From the NCBI RefSeq assembly GCF_009914755.1, contig NC_060929.1: a stretch of DNA of 64,000 nucleotides; one strand, written 5' to 3'. The translations under genes and the position numbers were made by a program. Below are positions 1 through 12,384 of the stretch, one piece after another. The first letter of the stretch is position 1. Each line of letters opens with the position of its first letter. The DNA is from the human T2T-CHM13v2.0 reference genome, Homo sapiens. The notes beneath the pieces are model-generated. The model did not search any database and was not told the DNA's origin. It saw only the letters and a list, made by a program, of their open reading frames with translations.

Positions 1-1425
1 ACCTGAAAAGAATGCTTGCTTGGTTGTCAAACTCTGAAAAGAATTTAATGCTTGTGAATATTTCCAGCCTTCAACTTTATCTAACAAATTTCTTCTTAAT
101 GTTGTTACTTTTTGGAGTTCTGTCCCTTTCTTATACCTATTTAAACACCACCTCATATTTTTAGAATTCTCTATACTAGTATGGCTAACTATGAAGTCTT
201 GCATATTCATGGCTATATATAAGATTTCATTTGATTAAAAATGGAATTGGAAATACAGGGTTAAAGGAACTTACCACTTAAAAGAATTTAGGAATTAATG
301 TCTTTAAGAAAACAGTAAGATTTCATGTTTTTACATAGTTATCCCTTTTGATGCCTTTTTTGGTATGATGTTATTTCAAAGTTGGTTCTGAAATACACGC
401 TTTATGATTTTTACATCTTTTTTTTCTAAATACACATTCATATTTTGTTTACCATCTTATGAGAGGTATCTGCAATTTTTAATAGGTATAAGTTTAATAT
501 CACTTATCCACATTGCTCTTATATCCAACAAGTTTTTTATTCTCAGTATTAGCACAGTACCTTAAGTAACGTATGTCTCTTGGTTTAACAGCAGGTACCA
601 TAGCTATCAAAACTTCTTTTGTACAGCTACATTTTTCTTTTTCCTGAACACCTTGCAAATGTCACTTTTTAAGTACAACCCAAGACACAATTAGTTTCTA
701 AGATACCCGTATCATCATTGGCAAAACATAACAATCTAGGGCGTTGCTTATTGAAGGATGGATACCTCTGTGTGTTTCCCACAGTGGTGTGGGAAAATAA
801 TAGTGCATTAGGTAAGGTTATTGCAATATTGCAGAACTACCAGGGAGATTTTTACCCCTTGATGCTTAATTTTTATTCATTTCAATTCAGGTGAAATAGT
901 ATCCCTTCAGCATTGGTTGGCACATGAAAGAAGATTAGCATGTAGAAACCTATATATCACTCTGTATCATGAGATAAGGAATGAAGGACTATGTCATTCT
1001 TAGGTTCTTGAGCTCTAATGGACAAAATGTGGCAGCAGAAAAAATATGAGCCCCTAATTTTCAGCAGGAATCATTTTTAATAAGTCCATGACAGTGGATC
1101 TTCTTCACCCTGCAGTTGAGACTTTGGACCACTCCAGAGAGATGAGGAGGAATGGAGGATTGTTTTTCTTCTGCTGGGGCATTTGCTCACAGCTCCACAC
1201 ATTGTGAACAATCAACTTTCTTTAATGGATGAAAGACAACTAGCAAGGGCCCTGTGACAAAGGATAGCAATGGGTGATGTGGCAGGCCAGGAGTAGTGTT
1301 GGATTATCCATTAAGAAAAGTGATTAGATCAGCTCCTTTAGAGAATGGATTATTGGTACATTCATTCTGTTTCCAAATTTGTTGTTTCTTGAATTTCTTT
1401 AAAGGTGGCTAAAACTGAAAATCAC

Positions 1426-1726
1426 TTTTTTTTTCTTTGAGTCGGAGTTTTTGCTCTGTTGCCCAGGCTGGAGTGCAATGGCACAATCTTGGCTCACTGC
1501 AACCTCCACCTCCTGGTGGAGAATCAAGAGATTCTCGTGCCTCAGCCTCTCAAGTAGCTGGAATTACAGGCGCCCCTAACCACACCTGGCTAATTTTTGC
1601 ATTTTTAGTAGAGATGAGGTTTCATCATGTTGGCCAGGCTGGTCTCAAACTTTTGACATCATGTGATCCACCCGCCTGGGCCTCCGAAAATGCTGAGATT
1701 CCAGGCGTGAGTCACTATGCCTGGCC
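1426..1726 (-). mobile_element. AluS (Sq/Sx-like) SINE, full length
   Basis: Poly-T then GAGTCGGAGTTTTGCTCTGTTGCCCAGGCTGGAGTGCAATGG ... GGCGTGAGTCACTATGCCTGGCC; TSD AACTGAAAAT(CA/TG)CT at 1413 and 1727. Confidence 0.97.
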
Positions 1727-2217
1727 AACTGAAAATTGCTTTAAGAGAACAATGATCAGCCTAAGACAAATTCAAATCTAGATGCAAACAAAACAAAGAT
1801 ATACAGTTTTCTCATTAACATAAGCCAGGTGGAGGACTGATCCTTTGGAAATTATTTTCTGTATCACCTGAGTGGCAAAAGTCGCCTTAGAATAGTCTAG
1901 GATGTTGATGGATAGCTCTTGAACTTGGGCTTAGAGTTGACGGTCTACAAACTCTAGGTGAAGTTCAAGGTATTTCAGCTAGGTTTGTGTAGTTTGGGGT
2001 CTGTAAGGAGTTTCTGAAAACTGGCACAACAGTGGATTATTATCTATTGGATCTGAAAGCTAAGATCTTGTTAAATGGCCGTGGATGATGTCATTCCACA
2101 GTAGGGAGCCTGGACTCAGAGTGGACGGCCTTGACAATTGAGGGCAGTTGTGCTATAGATTGGTGGATTTTGATAAGGTCTCTGGCAGTGGGGTTCAAGT
2201 GACATCTTTCTTTGACA
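1727..2217 (-). mobile_element. Old ERVL-type LTR (MER76-like), probably continuing left of the Alu
   Basis: Minus strand begins TGTCAAAG and contains ACAAGATCTTAGCTTTCAG and CTTATCAAAATC, matching my recollection of MER76; boundaries approximate. Confidence 0.5.
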
Positions 2218-2339
2218 AACTCCATAAATGCTTATCTCACAGACATCCACAGGACTGTCTTAACTCCTTCAAGTTTTTGCTTGTCACCTTGTAATCGTTC
2301 TTTATTTAAAATTGTAGCATATCTCCACCCCTTTCACAC

Positions 2340-2565
2340 TCCAGAGGCCGCCAATGCTGCATTCCTTTTTCTCTTTTCCATAATTCTTATTACCATCTAA
2401 TGTATTATATCATTTAATTATATATTTTGAGTTTTTTAAATTGTGTCTTGATTATAAGCTCCAAAAGGGCAAGGATCATTGTTTTTTTTTACAGTGCTGA
2501 AACTCAAGGAACTTTTATGTAGTTGGTGTGCAACAAATATCTTTTAAATGAATGAATTAATGGAA
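2340..2565 (+). mobile_element. L2 LINE 3' end fragment
   Basis: TATAAGCTCCAAAAGGGCAAGGATC ... AACAAATATCTTTTAAATGAATGAATT, typical of the L2 3' terminus. Confidence 0.7.
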
Positions 2566-3147
2566 GGAGTGAACGTGATCCTTGATACACTTCAATAATG
2601 CTTAAAATAATCGTAAACCAACATTAGGCAACACACAAGTGTCCTGCCACTGGAGGGCCCTAGGTAATAACAAAAGTCTCAACAATCTAGCCATTAATAT
2701 TTTATGTGGGGAGAAACCCAAACATTTATTTGCTGAAGATTTCCAGCTCATCAAAACTACAGTTAGTATATTTGGCAACTTCATGCCTTTGCAATATTTA
2801 CTTTTTAAATAAGTATTTTATCCTTCAATTGACTTCTTTAATTTTTCCATTTGGAAGGCACGGTTTCCAAGTAGAAAATCATTTTTGCATTGGGTACTTT
2901 GATTACTAATGTAATGAATATATTTATACCAATTTGTAAGTTTAAATAACAACCTTCTTTGGAGCAAATTCCTTATCTGTAAGATCCATTAAGATCACCA
3001 CAGTTTTGCTATGAGAGGAGATAGGGTTAATGAAAATTTAACTTTTCCAGAAATTCTGAGAGTTTATATTGGCATCTTTTAGGTTGTTAAAGATTTTCTT
3101 TATTTAGTTATAACATGTCAATAATTTCCACCTTTATCTTATAAATT

Positions 3148-3250
3148 CATACATATTTAATATATGACATATGAACATATATATACCTATACATATATGA
3201 TACATGAATACATACTACATGTCTATGGGCAATATATACATATATATGAG
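3148..3250. repeat. TA/CATA-rich low-complexity tract
   Basis: CATACATAT...ATATATACCTATACATATATGATACATG. Confidence 0.7.
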
Positions 3251-4041
3251 TATTTAGTATTAGGGATTTTATTGAGATTTATATTTCCAATGACTTTAGA
3301 TTCAATATGAACCTCAGAATTTGCATGGTCAATGTAGTAAGATCATATTTTCCCTTTCTAAGAGTCCCCTAAAAGAAGAAATTAAATTCAAAGATTTAGA
3401 AGTGCCACCAATACTTTGCTCAAAAGTTTGACAAATCCACTGTTTTTTAATGAAAGTTTTTAGAGCTCCCAACTCAGGAAGTCTTACTTAGGAAGTAAAT
3501 CAAAAGTTACACATTTCAAACAGAAAAAAATGAGAAATTTTATGGCAGCCTGTTGTGAACCAACCTAGTTTGCATCAGTGGAGACTGGAATTGGGACAGT
3601 CTAAGTCTCAGGTAAGCGAGGCAAAAATTCATCTGGTGCAAGAGAAACACCACCAACAGAAAATACTTGGTTCCCAGGACACTAAAGCGAAAGAAATTCT
3701 TCACCTGCAAATGTACCTGCTGGGGCGGCAGGGGCACTTCTGAGGACAGGGCACAGGGCCAGATGGCTGGTTTCACCACTTGCCGATGCCAGGGCACCAT
3801 TTTGGGTCCCCCATCTTGCTCTCATTGTCTAGTGTTTTATGGCACCTCTTTCCACTATGGGGAGCTTTTTATCCATGTCACACATCTGCAAGGGAAGATA
3901 CAAAATCTTTTATACTAAATATTTTAAGATAAGTAAGCTAACATTGTCTTCCATTTATCATATTTTCCTTTATCCACAGGAAGAAGAGATAGAATTTGGG
4001 GCTCTTGTATTAAACAAAAAACTCTGATTTTCTATACTTTT

Positions 4042-4464
4042 TTTTTCTTTTATTATTATACTTTAAGTTTTAGGGTACATGTGCACATTGTTCAGGTTAG
4101 TTACTTATGTATACATGTGCCGTGCTGGTGCACTGCACCCACTAACTCGTCATCTAGCATTAGGTATATCTCCCAAAGCTATCCCTCCCCCTTCCCCCCA
4201 CCCCACAACAGTCCCCAGAGTGTGACGTTCCCCTTCCTGTGTCCATGTGATCTCATTGTTCAATTCCCACCTATGAGTGAGAATATGCGGTGTTTGGTTT
4301 TTTGTTCTTGCGATAGTTTACTGAGAATGATGATTTCCAATTTCATCCATGTCCCTACAAAGGACATGAACTCATCATTTTTTATGGCTGCATAGTATTC
4401 CATGGTGTATATGTGCCACATTTTCTTAATCCAGTCTATCATTGTTGGACATTTGGGTTGGTTC
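4042..4464 (-). mobile_element. 5'-truncated young L1 (L1PA2-like) 3' end
   Basis: TTATTATTATACTTTAAGTTTTAGGGTACATGTGCAC...; CACTAACTCGTCATC gives GAG (non-Ta) at the diagnostic triplet; perfect flanking direct repeat TCTGATTTTCTATACTTTT at 4023 and 4463. Confidence 0.95.
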
Positions 4465-4539
4465 TGATTTTCTATACTTTTAGAGTTACAGATGCTAGTT
4501 TGAAAACAGCATTTAACTTTCATGCAATGCTTTGAGATG

Positions 4540-4542
<3 letters not shown>

Positions 4543-4576
<34 letters not shown>

Positions 4577-4597
4577 TGCACGTGTGTGTGTGTGTGT
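4543..4597. repeat. (TG)n microsatellite, interrupted
   Basis: ~15 TG units, TTTGTGCAC, ~8 more GT units. Confidence 0.97.
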
Positions 4598-4934
4598 AGT
4601 GGTCCCATTCCAAAGGAGATAACGTTAAATCATTCAAGCCCACACAGTTCTAAGGCAACATCCAAGACATCCTAGTGAGGAAATTTTCCTGGTACCAAAT
4701 GCCAAGCAGAATTTTATTCTTAAAAGATTTTTGGGTTTAAACTTTGACAGGATGTTTGAAATGAATTTACTATTTGGAATTTCATACCCTTCTTGCTCCT
4801 TCATAAACAGTCTCTTCTTATCTTCTCAGAATTGTATTTACTAGCTACAGCAGTTTGGGAGGGCTTACAGTTTAAAAGCTTCAGAGAGGAACCCTTTTGC
4901 TCAGATTGAACCAGAAATTGAGGACATAGAGTAA

Positions 4935-5305
4935 TGTTATGGACTCAATGGTGTCCTCCAACATTTATAGGTTGAAGCTCTCACCCCAATGTGACTGTAT
5001 TTGGGGATAGGCCCTTTAAGCTGGTGAAGTTAAACGAGGTCATTAGGGTGAGACTCTAATCCAACAGCAGTGGTGTCCTTATAAGAAGGGAAAGAGACAC
5101 CAGGGGTGTGGCCACAGAGGAAAGACCATGTGCGGACACAGCGAGAAGGCAGCCATCTGCAAGACAGGGAGAGAGGCCTTGGAAGCCAACTCTGCTGACA
5201 CCTTGACTGGGGACTTTTCCGCCTCCAGAACTGTGCAACGATACATTTTGTTTGAGTCATCCAGTCTGTGGTATTTTGTTGTGGCAGCCCTAGCAGACTA
5301 ATACA
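4935..5305 (+). mobile_element. MLT1A0-like MaLR solo LTR
   Basis: TGTTATGGACTCAATG ... GCAGCCCTAGCAGACTAATACA with TG/CA termini and perfect 5-bp TSD AGTAA (4930-4934, 5306-5310). Confidence 0.92.
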
Positions 5306-5366
5306 AGTAATAACAAAACGTTAACAAGAACATAGGAAATAGTAGTTATTTCAATATGAGACCCAC

Positions 5367-5445
5367 TGGTTGTTTGCAAAAATGGCTACACTTTTTTGCA
5401 GCTACTTCGTTAAGAGTTGATGTCTATTTTTTCACCCCCTGAATG
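5367..5445 (+). mobile_element. MLT1G/H-like MaLR LTR 5' fragment
   Basis: TTGCAAAAATGGCTACAC...GCAGCTACTTC...TCTATTTTTTCACCCCCTGAAT. Confidence 0.5.
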
Positions 5446-5449
5446 TCTT

Positions 5450-6287
5450 CTGATTGTTTTTCCAGACTCTCTCTCTGCATCTCCATCCTGTTCTTGCCCT
5501 CAGACACTGACCTGTATAGACCATACCAATCAGCTTCTCTGCCCTCTGACTTCTATTGCGTTGGCTATCAGGGAGCACCAGCATGTGATGGGAGAGAGAC
5601 AAGAGGGTGATTAGGGCACTGATTTGCCCAGAAACTTGCCTGCAGGGTCACTATGGGTTGGTTGCATCTCCTAGAGGAAGGTCCTCTCCACCCAGACTTC
5701 TACCTACCTTTGGGTTCTGGGAGCTGCCAGCTCCCTTCATCTCTTCAGGCCTAAAGCTGATAGAGAAGAGATATGGTTTGGCTCTGTGTCCTCACCCAAA
5801 TCTCACCTGGAATTGTAATAATCCCCACATGTCAAAGGCAGGACCAGGTGGACATAATTGAATCATGGGGGTGGTTTCCCCCATACTATTCTCATTATAG
5901 TGAATTAGTTCTCATGAGATCTGATGGTTTTATAAGGGCTTTACCCTTCATTTAGCACTCATTCTCTCTCCTGCTGCCCTGTGAAGAGGTGCCTTCTGCC
6001 ATAATTGTAAGTTTCCTGAGGCCTCCCCAGCCATGCGGAACTGAGTCAATTAAACCTCTTTCCTTTATAAATTACCCAGTCTTGGGTATTTCTTCATAGC
6101 AATGTAAGAATGGACTAATACATGAAACCTGTTTCTTTCAAGTCCCAGGGCCCAAAGTATAGCATGAACCATTGTTGTTTCCCTCCCTGCTGCCCGGGTC
6201 TTTTAAATTAGTTCTTTTATTAAATTCTCTTCAAATTGCCCTTACGTGATTGTCCCATTACTCCCTTGCCTGGACTCGGAGGGATAC
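5450..6287 (+). mobile_element. LTR33-like ERVL LTR, interrupted by THE1C
   Basis: CTGACCTGTATAGACC...TGCCCTCTGACTTCT on the left; ATTAAATTCTCTTCAAATT...GGATACA terminus on the right. Confidence 0.65.
5769..6122 (+). mobile_element. THE1C-like MaLR solo LTR
   Basis: GATATGGTTTGGCTCTGTGTCCTCACCCAAATCTCACC ... AATTAAACCTCTTTCCTTTATAAATTACCCAGTC ... GGACTAATACA. Confidence 0.93.
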
Positions 6288-6348
6288 AACACAAAGACAA
6301 TCTATTCCACAGAAGAAATCATTTTTTTTCCCTACTAAATATCACCTG

Positions 6349-6388
6349 TGGTGGTGGTGGTGGTGGTTTTGTAAGTGGTGGTGGGGTG
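6349..6388. repeat. (GGT)n short tandem repeat
   Basis: TGGTGGTGGTGGTGGTGGT TTTGTAA GTGGTGGTGGGG. Confidence 0.8.
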
Positions 6389-6736
6389 TGCATACAAGAT
6401 TAGTCTTTGTTTCTTTCTTGGAATTGCAGCACATCAAGTGATAACTTAGCATTTCTTGTCTTGCCTTCCCTGTGTGTATACTTCTGCATGTAAATCTATT
6501 TTCAGCCTGGAATAAAACATTTCTTCAAGGCAGAGCAGGCTAATTTCATAGGTCAAGAGGCTACCATTCTGTCTTTTAAAAAAGAGCAAGTGTCTGACTG
6601 CTTCTTACAGTATTTGTGTCAGGTAGGAATTATGCTAACTCTGCTGGTAAAGTACAAAGAAAATCATAAACCAGACAAGGGGTTTATTTTCTAAGTAGTG
6701 AGAAGCACAGATTTTAGTCAGTTCAAGATTGGTGTG

Positions 6737-7564
6737 TGTGGTAGATTGCAAAATTGGTCACAACTTGTTACAACATTCCCCATAAAAGGAGAGGTTGTAT
6801 TAGTCCATTCTCACTCTGCTAATAAAGACATACCCAAGACTGGGTAATTTATAAAGGAAAGAGGTTTAATTGACTCACAGTTCCACATGGCTGTGGAGGC
6901 CTCACAATCACGGCAGAAGGTGAAGGAGGAGGAAGGTTATGTCTTACATGGAGGCAGGCAAAGAGAGAATGAGAGCCAAGTTAAAGGGAAACCCCTTATA
7001 AAATCATCAGATTTGGTGAGACTTATTCACTACCATGAGAAGAGTATGGGTGAAACTGCCCCCGTGATTCAATTATCTCCCACTGGCTGCCTCCCACAAC
7101 TTATGGGAATTGTGGGAGCTACAATTCAAGATGAGATTTGGGTGGGGACACAGCCAAACCATATCAGAGGTCTATTTCTTCACCCTACAATTCCAGAGTG
7201 GCCTTGTGACCAATAGTGTGTGACAGAAGTGACAATAAGCAAGTCTCAAGTGTGAGCCTCAAAGGCTTTGCATACCTCTTCTCTCGGGACTCTCCCGCTT
7301 GCTGGAGAGAGACCATAAGCAGAGAGGCTTCTATTGTCCTAGCTATCTCAACTGAGGCCATCAAAAACTTGCTAACTCCAGCTGACCTACTAGTTAACTA
7401 AAGACCTATGAGTGAATGCAGCCAAGATCAATCAACACTATCCCAGGCTGGAAAAAATAATCTAGTTTAGACCAGCCCAAACTGTCAAAATGCAGAAGTG
7501 GAGCTAAACAAGTGAGTTTGTTTTAATCTAAGTTTTAGGAGTGGTTTGTTATGCAATAAATCTT
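6737..7564 (+). mobile_element. MLT1H-like MaLR LTR, interrupted by THE1B
   Basis: TGTGGTAGATTGCAAAATTGGTCACAA ... TCTATTTCTTCACCC ... TAAGTTTTAGGAGTGGTTTGTTATGCA. Confidence 0.75.
6796..7166 (-). mobile_element. THE1B-like MaLR solo LTR
   Basis: TGTATTAGTCCATTCTCAC ... GGGGACACAGCCAAACCATATCA; perfect TSD GAGGT (6791-6795, 7167-7171). Confidence 0.96.
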
Positions 7565-8094
7565 GGTATATTATTGTAGTTCATCAGGGCTCAAGGTCCT
7601 TCCAGTTCACTGCTCTGCCATTCCGAAAGTATCAGCTGTATGCTGATATTCACAAGGAGGCTGCTGGAGTGCTAACCATTACATTTGTATTCCAGACTGG
7701 AGGAAGAGGAGAAAGGCAAGAGGAGTCTCCCACATGAAAACATGGCCTCTATTAAAGGAGCTTGCTTAAGAACGCCACCCAATGTTTCCCTTATATGTCT
7801 CCTTAGCTATGCCTATTTCCAAATAAAATTAAGAAGTATAGTTTTGAGAGCTGGGCACATTGCAACCCAACCCCCCACATAGGAGTTCTGTCATTGAGGA
7901 AAAAAAGGAAAATTGGATATCAGTTAGCAGTTAGCAATTTTACTACATTATTGTCATGAACCCTCTGGGATTTTAGGATAGCTTAACTTTGAGTCTGTTG
8001 ATGAATGACTCTTATTCTATTACATAGAATTCTTGTGTCATAACTACGTTGGAGTTCTCACATATGCCTTTATCTTATTATTATTTTTCTTTTT

Positions 8095-8561
8095 GCAAAG
8101 TGAAAGCAAGTTTATTAAGAAATTAAAGGAATAAAAGAATGGCTACTCCATAGACAGAGCAGCCCCGAGGGCTGCTGGTTGCCTATTTTTATATTTATTT
8201 CTTGATGATATGCTGAACAAGGGGTGGATTATTCATGCCTCCCCTTTTTAGACCATATAGGATAACTTCCTGATGTTGCCATGGCATTTGTTAACTGTCA
8301 TGGCGCTGGTGGAGTTTAGTGGTGAGGAAGACCAGAGGTCACTCTCGTTGCCATTTTGGTTTTGGTGGGTTTTGGGGCCGGCTCCTTTACTGCAACCTGT
8401 TTTATCAGCAAGGTCTTTATGACCTGTATTTTGTGCTGACTTCCTATTTTATCCTGTGACTTGGAATGCTTTAACTGTCTGAGAGTGTAGCCCAGGTTTC
8501 AGCCTCATTTTACCCAGCTCCTATTTAAGATGGAGTTACTTTGGTTCACACACCTCTGATA
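8095..8561 (-). mobile_element. MER41A-type LTR (3' LTR), U5 missing
   Basis: Minus strand starts TATCAGAGGTGTGTGAACCAAAGTAACTCCATCTTAAATAGGAGCTGGGTAAAATGAGGCTG, preceded by the polypurine tract AAAAGAAAGGGGGGAAA; ends AATAAACTTGCTTTCACTTTGC then A-rich tail; GGGGAGGCATGAATAATCC junction typical of MER41A. Confidence 0.9.
8111..8116 (-). terminator. LTR polyadenylation signal AATAAA
   Basis: TTTATT on + strand; LTR homology ends 16 nt downstream at 8095, followed by an A-rich tract (8082-8094). Confidence 0.8.
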
Positions 8562-11500
8562 TTTCCCCCCTTTCTTTTATAAGAGAATCCTTAATCCTAA
8601 GGGTTGCAGAGGAACAAAGATCCATCTTCTGTAACTTCTTCAGGCTGAATAGGGGTGATGATATTCCTGCCTACTTATTAGGGTCTCTTGCATTCAGGGT
8701 AGAGAGGAGCTCATTCAGAAAGCATCAGTATGGGGAGGGCCTTTTGTGATTCTTGAGTTTTGACAAGAGATGATATCTGGAAGATTAATAAGTGTTTAGT
8801 TTAAGAAAACATTCAGTAAGCTTTTTCTGGTATTCCTACACAAAGAGTAAAACAGCAATGTATTCCACAAAAGTAAAGCAAAATAAGTAAAGTTATTCCA
8901 AGTAAACTAAATTAGAAGGCTTTTTATGAACTGGGCAACTGTTGGAACTAAGCTTATATGGGGTTGTTAACTGATTGTAATGTGCCCGGAATTAGAATAC
9001 TGATCCAGATTTTTACATTGCCCATCCCTCTTGTTTCTTCTGAGCAGCAGTCAGAGATCACTGGTTCACAGGAATAAGCAGGGTTACCCTAAATTGCAGA
9101 AACAAACCTAAAAACAGCTAATGAGACTAGAATTTAATAACAAGTGTACCACAGTTCTTGAAACATAATATTTCTGTCTCCTGTTTCCCATTTTTACTAA
9201 AGACAAATCATGGTAACACTGACTTGCTTTATTATATTTGGCCTAATTATTTGTATAAAGTGCAGCAAGAATAATTATTTTTCACATAGGCTTTTTAATT
9301 GGCTTTGAAGGAACTCTGTTTCATAAGGAATCTCAGATAAGACTTTTTTAAACCTTAGTCCTGCCATGGGTTTTTACCTTCAAATACCTATGAGTTGGGT
9401 AAATTTCTCTCCGTTTGAGGTCCCAAGATAACTCTGGGCTCCTGGACCTGATAGGAAGTGATATTCTTTACTTACTACAGGTCAGAAACCCCATATGGGG
9501 ACTGTGTAGGCAAGGTATAAGGCCAGTTCCCCAAGGGTCTCTTATTGGCTCTACAAGTCAAGTTTGATTCCTTAAAGGAAAACACACCATTCCAGTGAAA
9601 GCCTTGGTAAAATAACCAATTTCTCCAAATTGTGTCCTGTTACAAAAGAAAACAGATTCTTATTGCACCTATGCAAATAACTATATTGCCATAAGTTAAG
9701 GATACTCACAACTAGTTTCCAAATTCCAGAGAAATCAGGTAGAGAGAAACAAATATGCTCTAAATTTTGTTCACAGGAGTATACTTTACTCAATTGCTGA
9801 AAGCTGTAAATAGCTCAAAAAAGAAAAAAAGTTTCCTTGACTCTGAGAAACAAAATAAAGGATCAGCAACGTTTTAAACAAAGTTAAAAAGATTACTTCA
9901 GTTTTCTATTGGTTCAGTTAATTCAGTTAACTCATGTTCTATTTGATATTCATGAACATTCCAGCTCTTCATGAGAGTTCTGAAAGTTGCTTCCTCTATT
10001 CTAGTGTTACAATTTTCAATTAGAAACCTGCATTTAAGAATACCTGCTAGAGTTCTATAGTTGATTATAAACCACCTTCTAAAGAGGATTAAAACAAGAC
10101 AACAATTGTCTGTGGATGACAAAATGTTTTAGGACAGTCACTATTAAAGCCACAATTGATAAGGAAATGTAACTTCTGTGGCACAGAAAATTTTATATAA
10201 TTATAATTATTAATAACATACACTAATTCATATTAGAATTATAGGAGTTTCCCATAACTTTGGAACATATACCAATAACACATTTATGCAAATATAGTTC
10301 CAAGAAAACAAAATACCATTTCACATTTGTTAATGCTTCCTGTGTGATTTTTATACCAAATAAGCCAAATTTAACTTTTACATTAATGTCCTATTAATGT
10401 TAAAGTCAATGTTTAATAAAACCTTATAGACATATTTACCCAATTTTAATGTGTAACCATAAGGTAAGAGTCTTACAAACCTTTATAGCCCTTTACATTT
10501 TTTTTTTTTTTTTGGAAAGAGCAGATCAGAAAAACCTGTTGTGCTTTGATTCCAATGTTTAATTTATGGAAAAACTGAATAATACCCCCTTTAACTTTAG
10601 CCAATATGTTCACACACAGAATCTCTTACAATTAATTTTTATGAACCTTCCACAACTTGTTTAAATCTTTAGATTATTTTCTTACTTAAAACAATCCTTT
10701 AACACCTTAATCTAGGCAGAAAAAAGGTCCACATTCCCATGACTTCTTACAATCTTTCACCAAAACACATTTTACTTTCTTTACACAACTTGCATGCAAA
10801 ATTGTTTCTTTAGTAGTTTTAATTACATGTTATAATGTTAACTCTTAGAAACTTTTATTTTTGGTGGAAACCTTAGTAAGTTTGAGATTTTAATTATGTA
10901 CTAGGTGTGGAGCCTAGCCTAGGACACACCAAGCAGAAGTGCAGATAACAGCTGACTCTCCAGAATAGCTAGGGGGCATGGCTAACCACACATGTCCCCA
11001 GGCCTCATCTAGAATCTAATGGCTTTAAGGTAGGTAAATTGAACAATTTTCAAAAGTCAAAGAAACAGTTTGACCTTAAAGCATTTAACAAATCTGATAT
11101 CTGACCTTAATTTAGACCAAATGTCTACATTTTCAAGACATTTTATTTTACCGATAATCATTAAAACTGTCTTTGTTTCCAAAAGATTACTAAAGTTATG
11201 TGAACAAAAAGCATTAAGGTTTCTATTGTTCTGACAAAATATTTGGTTTAAGTGCTTATTTTTCTAAGCCAATTAATGAGAGCTCTTTTATATATAAACA
11301 TACAACACACATACATACATAGTCAGAAGAGTCAGCACTTGTAAGATTTTTCATTTGCCAGTTTCTTAATTAGATTATGGGCTTCAGGGTGGAGCCCTTG
11401 GAAAAACAGGGCCAGGAAAGCATGTGTTTCTAGGGCTAAATTAGCAGCAAATAAGCAGCTGAAGGCAAAGACAGACCCCCAAAATAAGGATGTCATTTTA

Positions 11501-12384
11501 TACTGGCTCCTGAATCTCCAAAAGGAGGGAAATAATGCAGGAGAAGACAGTGCAGTGCTTCTACTCTGCATTTCATTGCAAGGCAACCCAAAGCCAATCA
11601 GCCTATTTTGTATCAGCCCATCCCTCATGAGAGTCTCGTCTCCCAGCGGGGGGTGGGAATGTTTCCTTATCTTCCAGGTGGCCAAGAGCATGCTTCTCTG
11701 ATCTAAGTGTGCAAAGAGTCAAGTATCCCTTCATAACTACTATTAGCCATGCCTTAAAGTATATTTCCTACCCAGTCATTACACACCAAAGCTCTCTCAT
11801 AATGTGAAGTAATTTCTGATACCCCCACCCAAACTCAAAACCATCAGATAACACAATGCAAAACAAAACAGAGCCTTTAATCTGGAGAGGGATCTATCTG
11901 CTTTTAATTCCTGGAGTTTCACAAAGAAAACAGAAGTGTTTTTTTTTTTTTTCCCAAAACGGGGTCTGTGGCACCTCCTCTGTTTTTCCCAAGGACTCCC
12001 AGGCTACCAGAAGTTACCTTAGGGCCTCTCATTTGTGCATTAAGAGTGGCAAGACAAAAAAAGATGGAGAAAAATAATTCAGCTGACTGAGAAGAAAAAA
12101 CATTTTTCCAGAAAAACAAGTTCCAAGAAGAGAAAAACATAAAGGCCTTTAAAATGTATCTATAGCTTGTTTATCCACTTTTAATTAAGCTGATTTTAAC
12201 CATAGCACTCTTTAATAAAGTCCTTTTAGAATTTAGTATGCCAAATGGCCAATGTTTCTGGGTTTCTGGCTTTTGAACTTCACCAAAGGTCACCTCCTAG
12301 GTGCTTAGAGAAAGGAAAATTTAAGACAGTCCACGAAGAAGAGACTAGACAAGGTCACAAAGATATTAAACCAGAAACTACTTA

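Larger units (their letters stand above)
6611..7950 (-). mobile_element. MLT1K/L-like MaLR LTR split in two (6611-6735 and ~7565-7950)
   Basis: ACAAGGGGTTTATTTTCT...CAGTTCAAGATTGGTGT resumes as TCATCAGGGCTCAAGGTCCTTCCAG...GCTGGGCACATTGC...GGATATCAGTTAGCAG. Confidence 0.6.

Noticed and set aside
1437-1781. 114-aa ORF ([20 protein letters not shown]...)
   Set aside because: Standard antisense-Alu translation, not a gene; the same applies to ORFs at 19685, 34268 and 36876
3549-3617. Strong donor CAG|GTAAGC; similar isolated donors at ~54011, ~58848 (+) and ~50164 (-)
   Set aside because: No convincing paired acceptor or coding frame; expected by chance in 64 kb
4081-4643. 104-aa and 127-aa ORFs
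   Set aside because: L1 ORF2 C-terminus/3' UTR plus a TG microsatellite in a truncated element
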